A stretch of 63,956 nt of DNA, the filler included, from Intoshia linei (lineage: Eukaryota > Animalia > Orthonectida), in NCBI GenBank assembly GCA_001642005.1. It is 6 parts of 6 records of this genome, joined end to end, with 100 filler letters (N's around TTAATTAATTAA, not from the genome) between each part and the next. Parts side by side here need not be neighbours in the genome. Positions count along the whole stretch, not along the records: positions 37,133 to 51,084 come from LWCA01000986.1; positions 51,185 to 58,599 come from LWCA01001557.1; 4 more parts are not named here. One strand, 5' to 3'. Position 1 is the stretch's first letter, and every line of letters begins with the position of its first letter. Shown here piece after piece: positions 40,296 through 53,182 of this stretch. Made by a program: the position numbers and the translations under genes. Below the pieces are notes generated by a model that made no database searches, was not told the DNA's origin, and saw only the letters and a list, made by a program, of their open reading frames with translations.

Positions 40296-41850
40296 AAATG
40301 TAATGAAGTATTTTATAAACGTATAGTTAAACTTTTAATTTAAAGAAATATGTTAACACATGTATATGTTAAATAAAAATGAAGATAAGTTTTGTAAGAG
40401 AACTATAGTGTGTAACCACACTACACACATATTTTTTAAATCGCCCCCTTCCACACTTCAAAATAAACATCACAAATTTTTAGACTGATAAAATTTATTA
40501 TAGTGAGTCTTTTCATATACTTGTTAGTAACACGTTGTTACTGTTACTCAATTTTTTAAAGAATCCACCCATAGAATAGATAATTATAATTATCTTAAAA
40601 AAAATGTGATGCTTTTTTGTTTTTTTAGTATACAATATAAGGAAAGACTTTAACATTTTAATCAAATGACGAACAATAATTTTTGACTTTAAAAAAAATT
40701 TTATTAGATTATGTATTTTGTGAAATAAAATAGAAAAATCACCTAAATTAGAAATTGACCCACAGTTGAGTATCCCTGAGCTAGACCAATTATTTCCAGC
40801 ACCCTGTAAAAAATATAAAAATTACAGTAGAATCCGCTTATATTGTATACGGATTTAGTGATCAGCCGCTTATTATAAGCCTTATAATGATCAAAATTAA
40901 GAATCCCGTACATTTTGATAAAAATGTATGAAATTTAATCTGCTTATAGTGATCAATTTTAAAATTTAATTTTTTTTATTATTGAATATTAATTGAATGT
41001 GTATAACTGAAATGTACACATTTCATGGGCAAGTCGTAAAATCTACATAATTTTTAATTGTTTATTAGTTAATCGTAAATTAGTTTAATTCAATGTTTGT
41101 TAAAAATTTGCTTGTAAAATACATCGTTTTCTTTCAACAAATTGAATAGTCTCATTGATATTGTTAAAACTTCTGAAAAAAAAACAACGACTAAGACTAG
41201 TATAGAATATTATGCTACTAAAATTTACGATGTAGTTAAAATCAGAGATTTAGAAAAACTAATTAAAAGGTGTAATTGTGAAAGTATATTAGTTAATATA
41301 TAATGTTTTACGCTAACCGGTATTTGGGAAATGTTGGTTTATGGTGGTCCACAAAACTTTCTAGAATAAAATATGATCCACAGCGAAAAAAAGGTTGAGA
41401 AACACTGGTCTATATGACACTGCCATGTATACCGAAAAAGTTTAGGGTTTATTTTTCATTTTGGGGTGGACTCCAGCTTGGTAGGTCCGGCATTTCTGCA
41501 TTTCATTCATGGAAACATTAACATTATTAGTAATAAAATTCCGAGAAACATCGGTTGAGCAGTACTAGATTACATTATAAAAATGTAATGGTACAGTATA
41601 AAAGCATTTCTAAATCGCAGAACGGCAAAAATTGACAAAAATTTCTCAAATTCTGATTTATGCAGAGATTAACTCCGAATACAATCCCTCATTATATTAA
41701 TACATGTATTACAAAAGATACCTACTTAATGTCATAGTGTTCCTCTAAGCTAGGGGCCCTCAACCTTTTTACCAACAACAAACATTAACGTAAACAACGA
41801 CTGTTATAAAATTTTTAATGTAACGTAGACAATTTACAGGTATACACAGG

Positions 41851-44800
41851 TTAAAATTTAAATTCTTTATATTTTTTTGAACCTGAATGCTTTTTCTAAA
41901 TTAATAAATTAATGAAAACAAATTATTAAGTAACCTTTTGAGACTTGTCCAATTGAGAAGTCTCCGAAACGTTTCCATATCCTTTAGTAATATCTCTAAA
42001 ATCTTCATCAATTTCATCTGGAACAACGGATTCGTCTCTCTTAATCTAAATTTGATTTATTATACGTTTAGCCAAGGAAAAGTTAGAATTACTCTAGACA
42101 AATCATAGGCTCGACTGGATCCCATCAAATCCTGTCCTACAGATGTAGTTTTTTCAGGTATAGTTCGATATAAAGTAGTGGGAGTTTCGGACATTTCCAT
42201 TGCTTCTTCAATTTTACGTTTCCTAAGTTCAATAACATCAGGAGTTTGTAATCCACCTCCAATTGCCAGATCGCTAGGTGTAGCAATACCAGTTGGTAAT
42301 GGAGCTGCTGGAGTAGATATTCCGTCGGTATGTATATCTTCTGGTAGTGGTGGTTCAAGTTCTTCCTCAGATTCCGATTCAGACTCTGACATCAGCTCAC
42401 CCCATAATGGAGTGCTAGTATCTGTACTTTCAATATTTTGTAAAATGGGGGCGCCCATAGGTCTATTTCGAAAAATGTTTGACAAACCAAATACATCTCC
42501 GTATAACGGTCTTCCCATTTCATCAACAGGTGGTTTTCCCCACTGGCCAGGCAAAAAACCAAAAGAGCAACCCTAATTTGAAATATAAACTTTGATAGAC
42601 CTCAAGAAAAAATTGAATATAAAAACAAAACAGAATACATTCTTAGAGTCAATGCAAATGAAGTTCATATTTAAATTTCAAATAATTTCATTTCATTTTA
42701 TTGAATTCAAATTTAAATTGTTCTTTAATTATTGTCATTTAGTTAGTGAAATGGTATAGATCAGCGTTGGTCCACTGTCGGTTCGAGAATATAACCCACC
42801 ATTCAAAAATAAATTTAAGCTACGATCCTCACTAATTCGAAAAAGTTAAAAATTTAACAAACGCTGTCCTAGATAATGAATGATTTTAGTCAAACATTTA
42901 TTGGTTTCGTGTATATAATTAGTCATTATTATGGCATGTTTTTTAATAACCTAGAAAAATTAAAAAAATAAGGTAACGTCTAATTTTTAACAACTTTTAT
43001 AAATTTTATTTATCTGCAATTTACCCCTGCAGAAACAAAGTTTTCATAATATAAAATTAAAAAAAAGTTTCAAAAATTAAAATTTTGTTAGCCTGTAAAA
43101 ATGAGTTATTATTAGTTATTAATGAGTAATCAATTTTATATAAAAATATATTATAATTTTTATATAAATTAAACTAGATCAATAAAACTTATCACGATTT
43201 ATGAATATAAAATTTACTAAACTAACAAACTGTAAGTACATGAATACTAAAACTATTTTTGACAAAGTTTACAATAAAATGCAAAATATAATATAAATCA
43301 AAAAACCTCTGGAATAGGATAATTCAATCCTGGAATTTTAAGACCTTTATAGTTTGGAGGAGGACCATACCTTTGCATTGCAATAAGCCATGGTGGAGGT
43401 ATTTTGTAACGATCCTAAGAAAATTGTAAAAAAATAAAAACTGATAACCTGTCCGGTTGGCATTCCTAGAGAAATTTTCAACTCATCAGAAAGTTCACCA
43501 GGTTTTCTGTCTCGTAGATTTGTCTCAAATTCTTTTCCTTCGTAATAAATTTCGCCAAATCTGGAGACTTTTGGTTTTTTTTGAAATTTAAAAAACGCAT
43601 CATGTAATTTTTGATAATCTATATCAATTTTTCCAGTTTTGGGGCGAATTCTTTCTCTCATTTTGGCTTTTAGAGATCTATGATCCTCCTAAAAAATAAA
43701 ATATTGATTATTGCAACTAACGCTTCTATAAAGCAGTATCATCCGCTGCGAACCATAAAAATTGAAAAAAGTTATACAGTATATAACATTTCAATTAGTA
43801 ATTAGTCAGTTACATCAGATATTTATTGTATGAAAACCACCTACTCTTTTATTTTAAATTTTTCAGTTTTTCCAAATTATAAAATAGTGAAGATTTCAAA
43901 TAAACACACAAAAGACATAAAATGCTTATTATTTTGATATTTGCTTGTACGCCCAACGAAAAAAAAGCTGAGAAACACTTTTCTTAAGATTGCTGATACG
44001 GATTGATTGAATATTTTGATATGAATGTTAACCCTATTGTGATTTAGTTTCATTCATCACCCAAAAAATTTTTTCACCCGTCACGGTTTAAATTATTCTA
44101 AATAAACTTCTAAACTACTCTGAATCTAAACGCCTTAAAGCAGTGATTCCCAATTCAAAAAGAGTAAGGACCCCATTTCAAAATATTTATTTTTTATCAC
44201 ACCAAATGGAACATGAAATATAAAAAATTTATGAAAAAATGAATGGGTTTTTCTCATAAGATTTTGTAAAATCGTTTTTCATAAAAATATCAAAAAAAAG
44301 TCGATTTTTCCCTGGATGTTTGAAATAGTATTTTTTATTAACACTTACGGGCCGTAAGTTACGGCATTGGAAATTTTATTAATGATGGAATAAAAGTGGG
44401 CTTTTTCCGTATGTCCGTATGTGTCCGTGGGTCATATGCCTATAATTGCATTGAGATAAATTTCAAACAAAACAAATCTCGAAATTCTGTATAAATGTAT
44501 TTTCATATTTTATCTCACGGACCCCAGAAATATAATTTTGGACCCTAAATGATCCCAATATAAAACCACTCCCTTAAAGATAGCATCGAATGCAACTAAT
44601 AATTATTTAATGTCAAATTCTTCGTTTGTATATTGAAATGAAAATAAAAGTATAATTTTTAGAGGACATTTTAACATTAAAAAGCTATTTACTGTTACTA
44701 TTAAAATATAATACCTTATCTTGTAATGCTTGGCGCATTTCCATTATACCGGTTCCAGCAATACACTCAGGCAGGGAATAAGGTTTCTTCTCGTACCCCA

Positions 44801-47800
44801 TTTTTCCGGCTAAATACTTTCGTTTAGAACACCAATGTCTCGGTATTGGCACACTATTTGGATATGATTTGAGTTGCATCAAAAATACAGGATTTGGGCT
44901 ATTAACATCATGATACTCCACCAATTCTGGCCTATCAGCAATCTAAACATTCCAAAAATAAATCAATAAATGCAAATATAAAATTCCGTATTATTTATTT
45001 ATTCTTTACATTTGTATTTTTAAAAATTTAATTCAATCAAAATTTGTAATAAATTCTAGTTAATAATAATTTATATTTAATTTAAATAAATAATAATAAT
45101 AGATTATATTACACTTTTTAAATCAGCAATAGACATGCGACTTTGCCTTTTAAATTGTCTTTTAGTGAGTTTTTTATCCTCACAATCAGCATCAACATTT
45201 TCTTCTTTATCAACCTTTTAATAAACCTTTAAAAAACAAATATAATACGTAATAACCAGGGGTACCCACACTTTATTCACGACGCACCGGTAATAAATTG
45301 TAAAATTTATCGCGGACAATTAAAGAGAAATTACTAGACAATATTAAAAAAAATAATATAAAAAGTAATAAATTGATTGTTAATTAGTGAAAAACTTTTC
45401 ACAATTATTTCGTGGACCAGTAAAAAATTGGCTAACGCTGCGTAAAACTATAAACGAAAAAAATCGCACCCAAATCAGCCACATAATGGAACTGATATAA
45501 AAAATCCCACAAATAATTATTTAATATTAATCAATTGAAAAAAATGACACCCAAGATTGGTAAAAACAAATAAACAGTTAGAATGATAGCAAGTGTATTT
45601 TATGAGTTAATTTATATTTTTTAACATTTCCACTACTCTAATCAATTGGACGAAAAAAATTTAATTTAAAAGTAATGTTAGTTTGATTTAAAAGGAGTCA
45701 GGTAAAATTATTAAAACGTGTTAAAAACGTTTAGTCTCCATCATCAAGCGTGTTACCAGCATTTCTGATTTTATTACTAGTAAAATTAGAAATTTTTTTT
45801 TATTTGTGTAATGTACATAATTTCATAGTTGCCAGATGTTTAGATTTTATCCCAAAACCAACACTACCGTTAAATTATTATTTCAAAAACTCTAATTTTA
45901 TCCACCACCAATAAAATTTAATAAACAATACAATTTCAAGCTATTAAAAATTTATATAATATCTATAATATTATATAATATGTAAAAATTTCCTACTTCC
46001 GATGATATAAACAAACTCTTAATCCAACCACACAAAAAAATCTAATTATATCAATCATTAAGCTTAACTTAAATTAAAATCTCTTTTCCTATATTTTTTT
46101 CAAAAATTCGATTTTACCAAACCTAGTAACTAGACTAGAAACTAAACTATCTATAATAACTATAACTATAACTATAAATCCTAAACTAGAAAAAACTATT
46201 TAGCCAATTACAAAATACTAAACTAAAATTTTACCAAACATAAAGGAAAAATCTTTTTTTCGAGTATTTAGTTCTAAGGCTTAAAAATTTCAAAAACTGA
46301 CAAGTGTGATTGTAATCGGTTTACATTTTACAAATTACTCATATATATTAGAAATGATTGGTGCACCCAAGCTTCAATATATGATACTATTGCAATTTGA
46401 TACAAAATTTACCGGTTCAACTTCAATTTTTTCAGGCATAACATTTTCCGAAATTTTAGCTTTCTCCAAAACTTGAACTTGTTCCATTATTGGTAATACC
46501 TTGTTACCCTTCACAGTCTAAAATATTAAACTGATAAATAGAACAAACAAACGCACTTCAAATTTATCAATTGTATTTTCAAAACATTTAAAATGCCCAT
46601 CAAATTCAATGATTTCAGCTTCATATCTAAATACGAATTAATTAAAAAAATTTAAATCGTAAATACCTTGTTAATTAAAAATTAATGACATGAACAATTT
46701 TAAGTTAATATAAATAAATAAATTTTTTACTCAATTTTAATGTCCGGTATTTTATTTTCATCGTTATCGGTTTTTTTCTCTGCCAATTCCAAATCTTGTT
46801 TATACAACTCAACATTAATTTTAAAAATTTTATTTTTTTTACGATTAAGTCTACGTCGTCTATTTTTATTTTTAATACTAACTTTAATTGTGGTTCCATT
46901 ATTCAAAATACCATTTTTATGACTTTTACTGATTGGCACATGTTCCTGTGATGAAATATTCACATTTTGTGTCAAATCATCTTCTTTCTTCTCTAAAGTT
47001 TCGCCTATTGATTCTTTTTCATTTTTACTAACTTTATCAAATAACATTTCCGTGTCATCTTTATTTTCATCACTGATATTCACATTATTACTGTCCATAT
47101 CAACATTCATTTGGTTCTCGTTTTCGTTTTCAGTTACAATGTTTTCAATGGTATTCGTATTGTCAGTATCCACGTCAATTTGCATCTGATTTTCATTCAA
47201 ATTTTTAGGTTCTGACTCAATCACCTCTTTTCTATTAGATGTTTCATCCTCGCCAACAATATTTTTAAAACTATCATCTAAATCATTCAAATTTTTTGGA
47301 ATCAACTTTTCAGCTTCCACGACTGATTGGTTATTTTCATCTAAATCATTCAAATTTTTTGGAATCAACTTTTCAGCTTCTACGACTGATTGGTTATTTT
47401 CATCTAATGCAACTAATATAAAATAAAAACTAAAAATTTAAAAAAATATTACCTCCCTCGTTAGAACTAAATAAGAGCTACAAATAAAATTACTTTAATA
47501 AATAAAAATAAATATGTACCGACTTCATGTGACCAAATAGTCTAGTAACCAATGTTTGTTTTTTACCTAATTAATAATGCAATGAGATATATTTATGTTA
47601 TTCATCAAGTATAATTTAATGTAATGGTTCCTAAACGGGGTTAGAATGTTTTAGGGGATAATAAATATTTCAATATTTTATTAATCAAAAGTTTCCGGAA
47701 GAATAAATTTTAAACACTATACAAGTAAGACTAGGTTAAATACAAAACCAACTTTTATTATACACGTAAAATGTAAATGTAACACTAAAACGTCAATTAA

Positions 47801-47900
47801 ATTTACCAATCGGTGATAATCCAGCATTCTTCAATTGAGACTTTAGCTCCGTTACCGGCATTTTCATCAATTTTTTATCTAAATCTTTTTCCGGCAACAT
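41851..47900 (-). CDS. SF3B2: Splicing factor 3B subunit 2 (SAP145)
   Basis: N-terminal SAP domain (MPVTELKSQLKNAGLSPIGKKQTLVTRL), RMSIADLK, VEYHDV...VPIPRHWCSKRKYL, RPKTGKIDIDYQKLHDAFFKFQ, PPPWLIAMQRYGPPP, GQWGKPPVDEMGRPLYGDVFG, terminal KYKEFKF*. Confidence 0.96.
44141..44571. mobile_element. hAT MITE in SF3B2 intron
   Basis: CAGTGATTCCCAA...AAAACCACTC with perfect 8-bp TSD CCTTAAAG. Confidence 0.7.
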
Positions 47901-48282
47901 TACATATATTTTATCAAATTAAAATTAATGTTAAATTTGGTTTAATAAATATCAATGACAATTTAAATTAAAATTTATTTATCAATATAAACTTTATTTT
48001 ATTATAAGGTTACCATGAATCATGCACCAAGATTCTTGAATTGAAATAAAATTTATTATAATTTATAAATAAACATAAATAACAACTAAATCTTAGTCTT
48101 ACTAAGATTATATATTATATTTATGTTTACTAAGACTAAAACTTAGTTGTAGACTGCACTTACCAATACAATACTAAACTTAGTCTAAGTTACAGAGTTT
48201 ATCGACTGTTGATAACCAAAATCAACATAAAATAAACATCATTATATAAACGCGCAATTTTAATTTATTTTTCAAATTTGAA

Positions 48283-49933
48283 ATGGAGACAGAAGATTTT
48301 ATTGTACCTGGTAATAATTTCAATACTTTTTATACAATTAGATTACTGTTATGTACTACGTACAAATAGAATCTAGCTCTGTCGAGGGCACATTTTTAAT
48401 AATACTTAAAAAATAAATTCACGTTGAAAATCTAACTTAAAAATCCTACTATTCATTATTATCAATCCTTTAACCCTGCAACACACATACGTAGCATCCT
48501 AACTTATATAATATGCTACGCGATTTTTGTTTGTGTGTGTGTGTTCAGCTTTATTTAAATAACTACCCGTCTTAGAATTTTATAAAGTCGAAATTTCAAT
48601 TACATTTTTTTTTGGTACATATAATAAGATAAAAATCAACCTCCCTACGCTGAAGCGACAACTTTAAAAGCGTAAACGTTATCATAAATTTAAATTTAAA
48701 AAAATTATATCTTCAGGGCCAAATTACTCTTCTTTTTTTAATGAAAACAGTCCTTAAAATTAAAAATGTAAATATTGATCCTACAATTTCAAAAAAAATG
48801 TGCACTGAACGTCTACACATTTCCAATAAAGAAATATGGGTGAAAATCTATATAATTTATTCCTTCGGAATTTTTTTCATTGCTACGCAATTTTTAAAAT
48901 TTTAAATTCTTATTTTCAAAACATTTTGAATAAAATTTAAATAGAAACGAAACTGAAACAACCTTGTTAATATCATTTTTATATTTATTACAATCCTTGG
49001 CAATGTAGGTAAAATTCGACTGAAATATATTTATAAAGTGAAGATTCGGTTAATTATTGATACATAATTGGTATTTTTAAGTATTTATATAATTGGTACT
49101 GAATATATCTTATCACATTGAATAATAAGTAAGGATGTATCTTTTTTTATGTTTCAAATGTAAAATCATGTAAATGTTATTTGGTCGGTATACAACTTGT
49201 GTTTGTGGAATTTATGTTGGTTTTTCATAAATTGACTAATTATAATTTTATAACATTGATTTAGGTTTTATTATGGTATATTTAGAATACGAACCTATTT
49301 ACGTTCAACCTATCGAAGAAATTTTTGAACAAGAAAAGAATGAATTGAAACCCCGTCTTATTATTAATCGCATTGTCAATGTTAATTTTAAATCGTATGC
49401 TGGGACCAAAATTTTAGGTCCATTTCACAAGGTAATATATGATTTAAATGGGATTGTACAAAATATTTTAATTTCATGAAATAAAGTATTTGGTGTATTT
49501 TGAGTGTCAAGTAAAACAAACATTTCACTGAGTTATCTCACAAAGTTAAATGTCACCAAACTTTTTTCCGTATTTTGATGGCTACTAGCAAGTCGTAAAA
49601 TGTTGGTAGTGTCATATCCTGATCCGGTTCGATACGGACCATTTTCAGTCAATTCAGTTGTAAAAAACTATGTTTAAAATGAAATTAATATAAGAAATGA
49701 TTTATAACACGTAATTATACAAAATAATTTTCATTTAGTACTTTACTGCAATTGTTGGACCGAACGGTAGTGGAAAATCAAATATTATTGATGCTATGCT
49801 TTTTGTGTTTGGTTTTAGAGCTAAAACTATTAGATCGAATAAACTCACCAATCTAATTCATAACAGTGCAGAATACCCAGATCTAGATTTTGCTACAGTT
49901 TGTATCAATTTTCAAAAAATTATTGACACTGGG
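48283..49933 (+). CDS. SMC4: Condensin subunit SMC4, 5' exons only (48283-48310, ~49285-49431, 49739-49933)
   Basis: PRLIINRIVNVNFKSYAGTKILGPFHK|YFTAIVGPNGSGKSNIIDAMLFVFGFRAKTIRSNKLTNLIHNS is the SMC4 N-terminal head with Walker A. The remainder is not seen. Confidence 0.9.
48496..48900 (+). mobile_element. Family A Helitron-like repeat in SMC4 intron 1
   Basis: Same terminus and body as the other copies, internally deleted. Confidence 0.6.
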
Positions 49934-50584
49934 GTAATCTTTTAATTATTTATGTTAAAATTCATGGATGTCTTGTTATACTATCTGTACATTTTTACAT
50001 TATAAATAATTTAAATAGTCAGATTCGTCAATAATGAATTGTTTCAATTGTCAAAAATTTATGTAAAATTGTGACTACGCTATTGTATTATAATTAATTT
50101 TATTAATCATATTATCAAACGTTTTAAAGCAGCATATAATCCAGAATTGAACCCTGTAGAGTGGTATTTTAATATGATAGAATCATACAGAACTCAAAAA
50201 TTTGAATCCTTCTGGTGATTTGAAGCTGCTGAGATTGAATTAAACACTCTAGGGAAATTGAATTGGTAAATTTAGTGGATCCATCAATAATTCGAATTTA
50301 TTACTGCGATTTAACTTTTGTCTATTTTTTAAAAAATTATGGTTAATTATGGCCTGAATCTCCGCGTATTTTTATTGAAAGTTAATAATCATCTTGTTTT
50401 GGTATCTGAGTCAGACAGATCAAATTATCTATTTTTTGTTTATTATATGTTAAAATTAGGAGCATATTTTTATTTATTTCAACTACTACTGTATTCAATG
50501 CAGAATCTATCGTACCGTGGGCCACGGCCCTATTCGGCAGGACATTTACTAAATTTTTAGAATCTGTTTCGTTTTCCATATTAA

Positions 50585-51084
50585 CCCTAATACTCCCAGT
50601 GTGACCATATGGTCACACAACATTACAATTATAAAAACACGTATCAAATTGAAACAAAGTTAATTAAATATGAAAAATTAAATTAATTAGTATATTATAT
50701 AACATTCGAGTATATTAGTTATGATTTTTGACCGATTAGCCTCCTGTGTCACTGACAGTGGGCCAAAATGATTTTCCAAAGCAAAAAAAAATTCACTGAA
50801 AAAATTTTTTATATTTTTTTTTGTTAAAGTGTGATAACTGAATTTAATTGAATACCATATGATGAAATAATTAGGTATATTGACGATACGGTTTTATATA
50901 TACACGCTTTTGTTTGCCTTATTCTCCCAATGTGAACATATGGAATGTGAAATAACTCCATAACTACAATTGGTAATTACCTAAAATCTCATATGGTGAA
51001 AAATAGGCAAGTATGTATTAACTTCCCAATTTTTTGGAAAAATCGAAGCCAAAAAATTGGAAAAATTTGTCTGGGAGTATTAGG
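50585..51084. mobile_element. piggyBac-like MITE
   Basis: TTAA-CCCTAATACTCCCAG...CTGGGAGTATTAGG(gap), with subterminal palindrome GTGTGACCATATGGTCACAC. A truncated copy lies at ~16098-16225. Confidence 0.8.
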
Positions 51085-51184
51085 NNNNNNNNNNNNNNNN
51101 NNNNNNNNNNNNNNNNNNNNNNNNNNNNTTAATTAATTAANNNNNNNNNNNNNNNNNNNNNNNNNNNNNNNNNNNNNNNNNNNN

Positions 51185-51793
51185 TTTCTAGGGTTGAAAT
51201 TTTGTATTTATATCAACTGGAATAAGCTCTATCAGAATCTTTTTTTTCTTTTTTTTAATTTTTGGACCGTTAATTATTTCACATTTTTTGTTTTAATAAA
51301 AAAAATACTACAGAAAAAAATATAGGAATACTAAAATGCTTTTTTGACCGTGAAGTCGTCACTTATTTAAATTAAAATTTTTTATGTGTGTTAACAGGAT
51401 ACAACTGTACCACCTGTAAAATTTGTGAAATTCTAGGGCTGTTTTCATTAAAAAAAAAAAAAGTAATTTGGAGTTTTGGCTCTAAAAATATAATTGTTTT
51501 AAATTTAAATTTATGATAATGTTTATGATTTTAAAATCCTTATCAGCGTCTATATTTTTTTAAATTATCCAACTTGTTTGATTATCAAAGGACGGACAAC
51601 TGGGGTTTTTGACCCGTAAGATATGAAATTGGGAGGTTGAAATTATGTTTGCGCACACCCCGAAAAAAACTGTATTTGAAATGTGGACTTTATATAATTC
51701 TAAGACAGGTAGTTATTTAACTACAGTGTAACACACGTACAGACAGACACACACACAAACAAAAATCGCGTAGCATATTATATAAGTTAGGAT
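51185..51793 (-). mobile_element. Family A Helitron-like repeat
   Basis: Homologous to 1-468. Confidence 0.65.
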
Positions 51794-52141
51794 AAATTTT
51801 GGGATAGTTTTTAAAATCATATATATTATCATAAATCAAAAAAAAACCCCAAAAATGCATTTTTACGCATAAACCCAGAGTATTTTTTTTTTTAAATTTT
51901 ATAAAAAAATATTTTTTTAAATTCTCAGAAACAAAATCGAATTTTAGATATCTTTTTGAAAAACACGATTTTATCAAATCTTATCAGAAAAATCTCTTAT
52001 TCCAACCTCAAAATAAAAATCAAATTTTAATTTACATTTAAGCATTAAGTTAAGGGAAAATTCCATTTTGTAATATTTTTTTGAAAAACCTATTTTACCA
52101 AGTTATTTCGATTTATGAAAAAAACTTTAATTTTTTCATAA

Positions 52142-52800
52142 ATCCTTACTTATATAATAATTTTTGTTGGTGTATGTGTGTTCCCCTTTATTTAAATAAC
52201 TACCCGTCTTAAAATTTTATAAAGTCCACATTTCAATTAAAGTTTTTTTTGGGAGTGTTTACAAAATAAATTTCAACCTCCCAAACTCACATCTTACCGG
52301 TCAAAAACCCCAATTTTCCTTTTTTTTAAAAATCGAACAAGTTAGAGAATTTCAAAATAATAATAAAAAAAATAAATATATACGCTGATACGGATTTTAA
52401 AATCATAACAATTATCATAAATTTAAATTTAAAAAAATTATATCATCAAAGCCAAAACCCCAAATTACCCTTATTTTTTTAATGAAAACAGCTCTAAAAT
52501 TTAAAAAAAATTACAGGATGTACAGTTGTATCCTGTTAACACACATATCAAATTTCAATCCGAATAAGTGATGACTTCACGGTCAAAAAAGCATTTTAGT
52601 ATTCATATATTTTTTTCTGAAATATTTTATTAAAACAAAAAATGTGAATAATTTAAGGTACGAAAATTAAAAAAAAAATTATGCTTATAGAGCTTATTCC
52701 AATTGATATAAATACAAAATTCCAACCCCTGAAATCTACGCATTCCTGGTGAAAAATAATTTTTAATATATTATCAACTAATATTGTTCAAATATTTCGA
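52142..52800 (+). mobile_element. Family A Helitron-like repeat
   Basis: Inverted relative to 51185-51793. Confidence 0.65.
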
Positions 52801-53182
52801 CATTCGATTGCAATTTAATTAATTTAACCATAAAAAAGTAGTACTTCAATTTTAGTTTATTTTAAGTCAAATTTAAAGCCAAAATTTGACAAATGACATA
52901 TCTATGATTGCAAAATAATTGGTTTGGGTTAATTTTAATTCAATTTTATTCAATTTTATTTAATTTTATTGTGATTCTAAATTATCAACTCTTGGAAGCC
53001 GATTTGTTCTTTCGAATTTTTATTTTATGCACAAACAAATAATTTATACTTATTTACTACATTGTTTAATTAAAAGTATTCGAGAAATAATAATTTACAA
53101 CTTTTAATTTGCTAATTTAGAAATACAATTTGATATTCGTGTGTCAATTAAAATTTAGTTTGAAGCTAGTCTAATAATATAA

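Noticed and set aside
42178-42576. 132-aa plus-strand ORF
   Set aside because: Antisense shadow of an SF3B2 exon.
46120-46230. (ACTATA/ACTAGA)n-like tract
   Set aside because: Simple low-complexity repeat within an intron.
51717-51977. Short ORFs in repeats (also 5563-5799, 15090-15338, 15982-16164, 33776-34000, 59760-59951)
   Set aside because: Low-complexity F/I/K/L/N-rich chance ORFs in AT-rich TE or intronic DNA.
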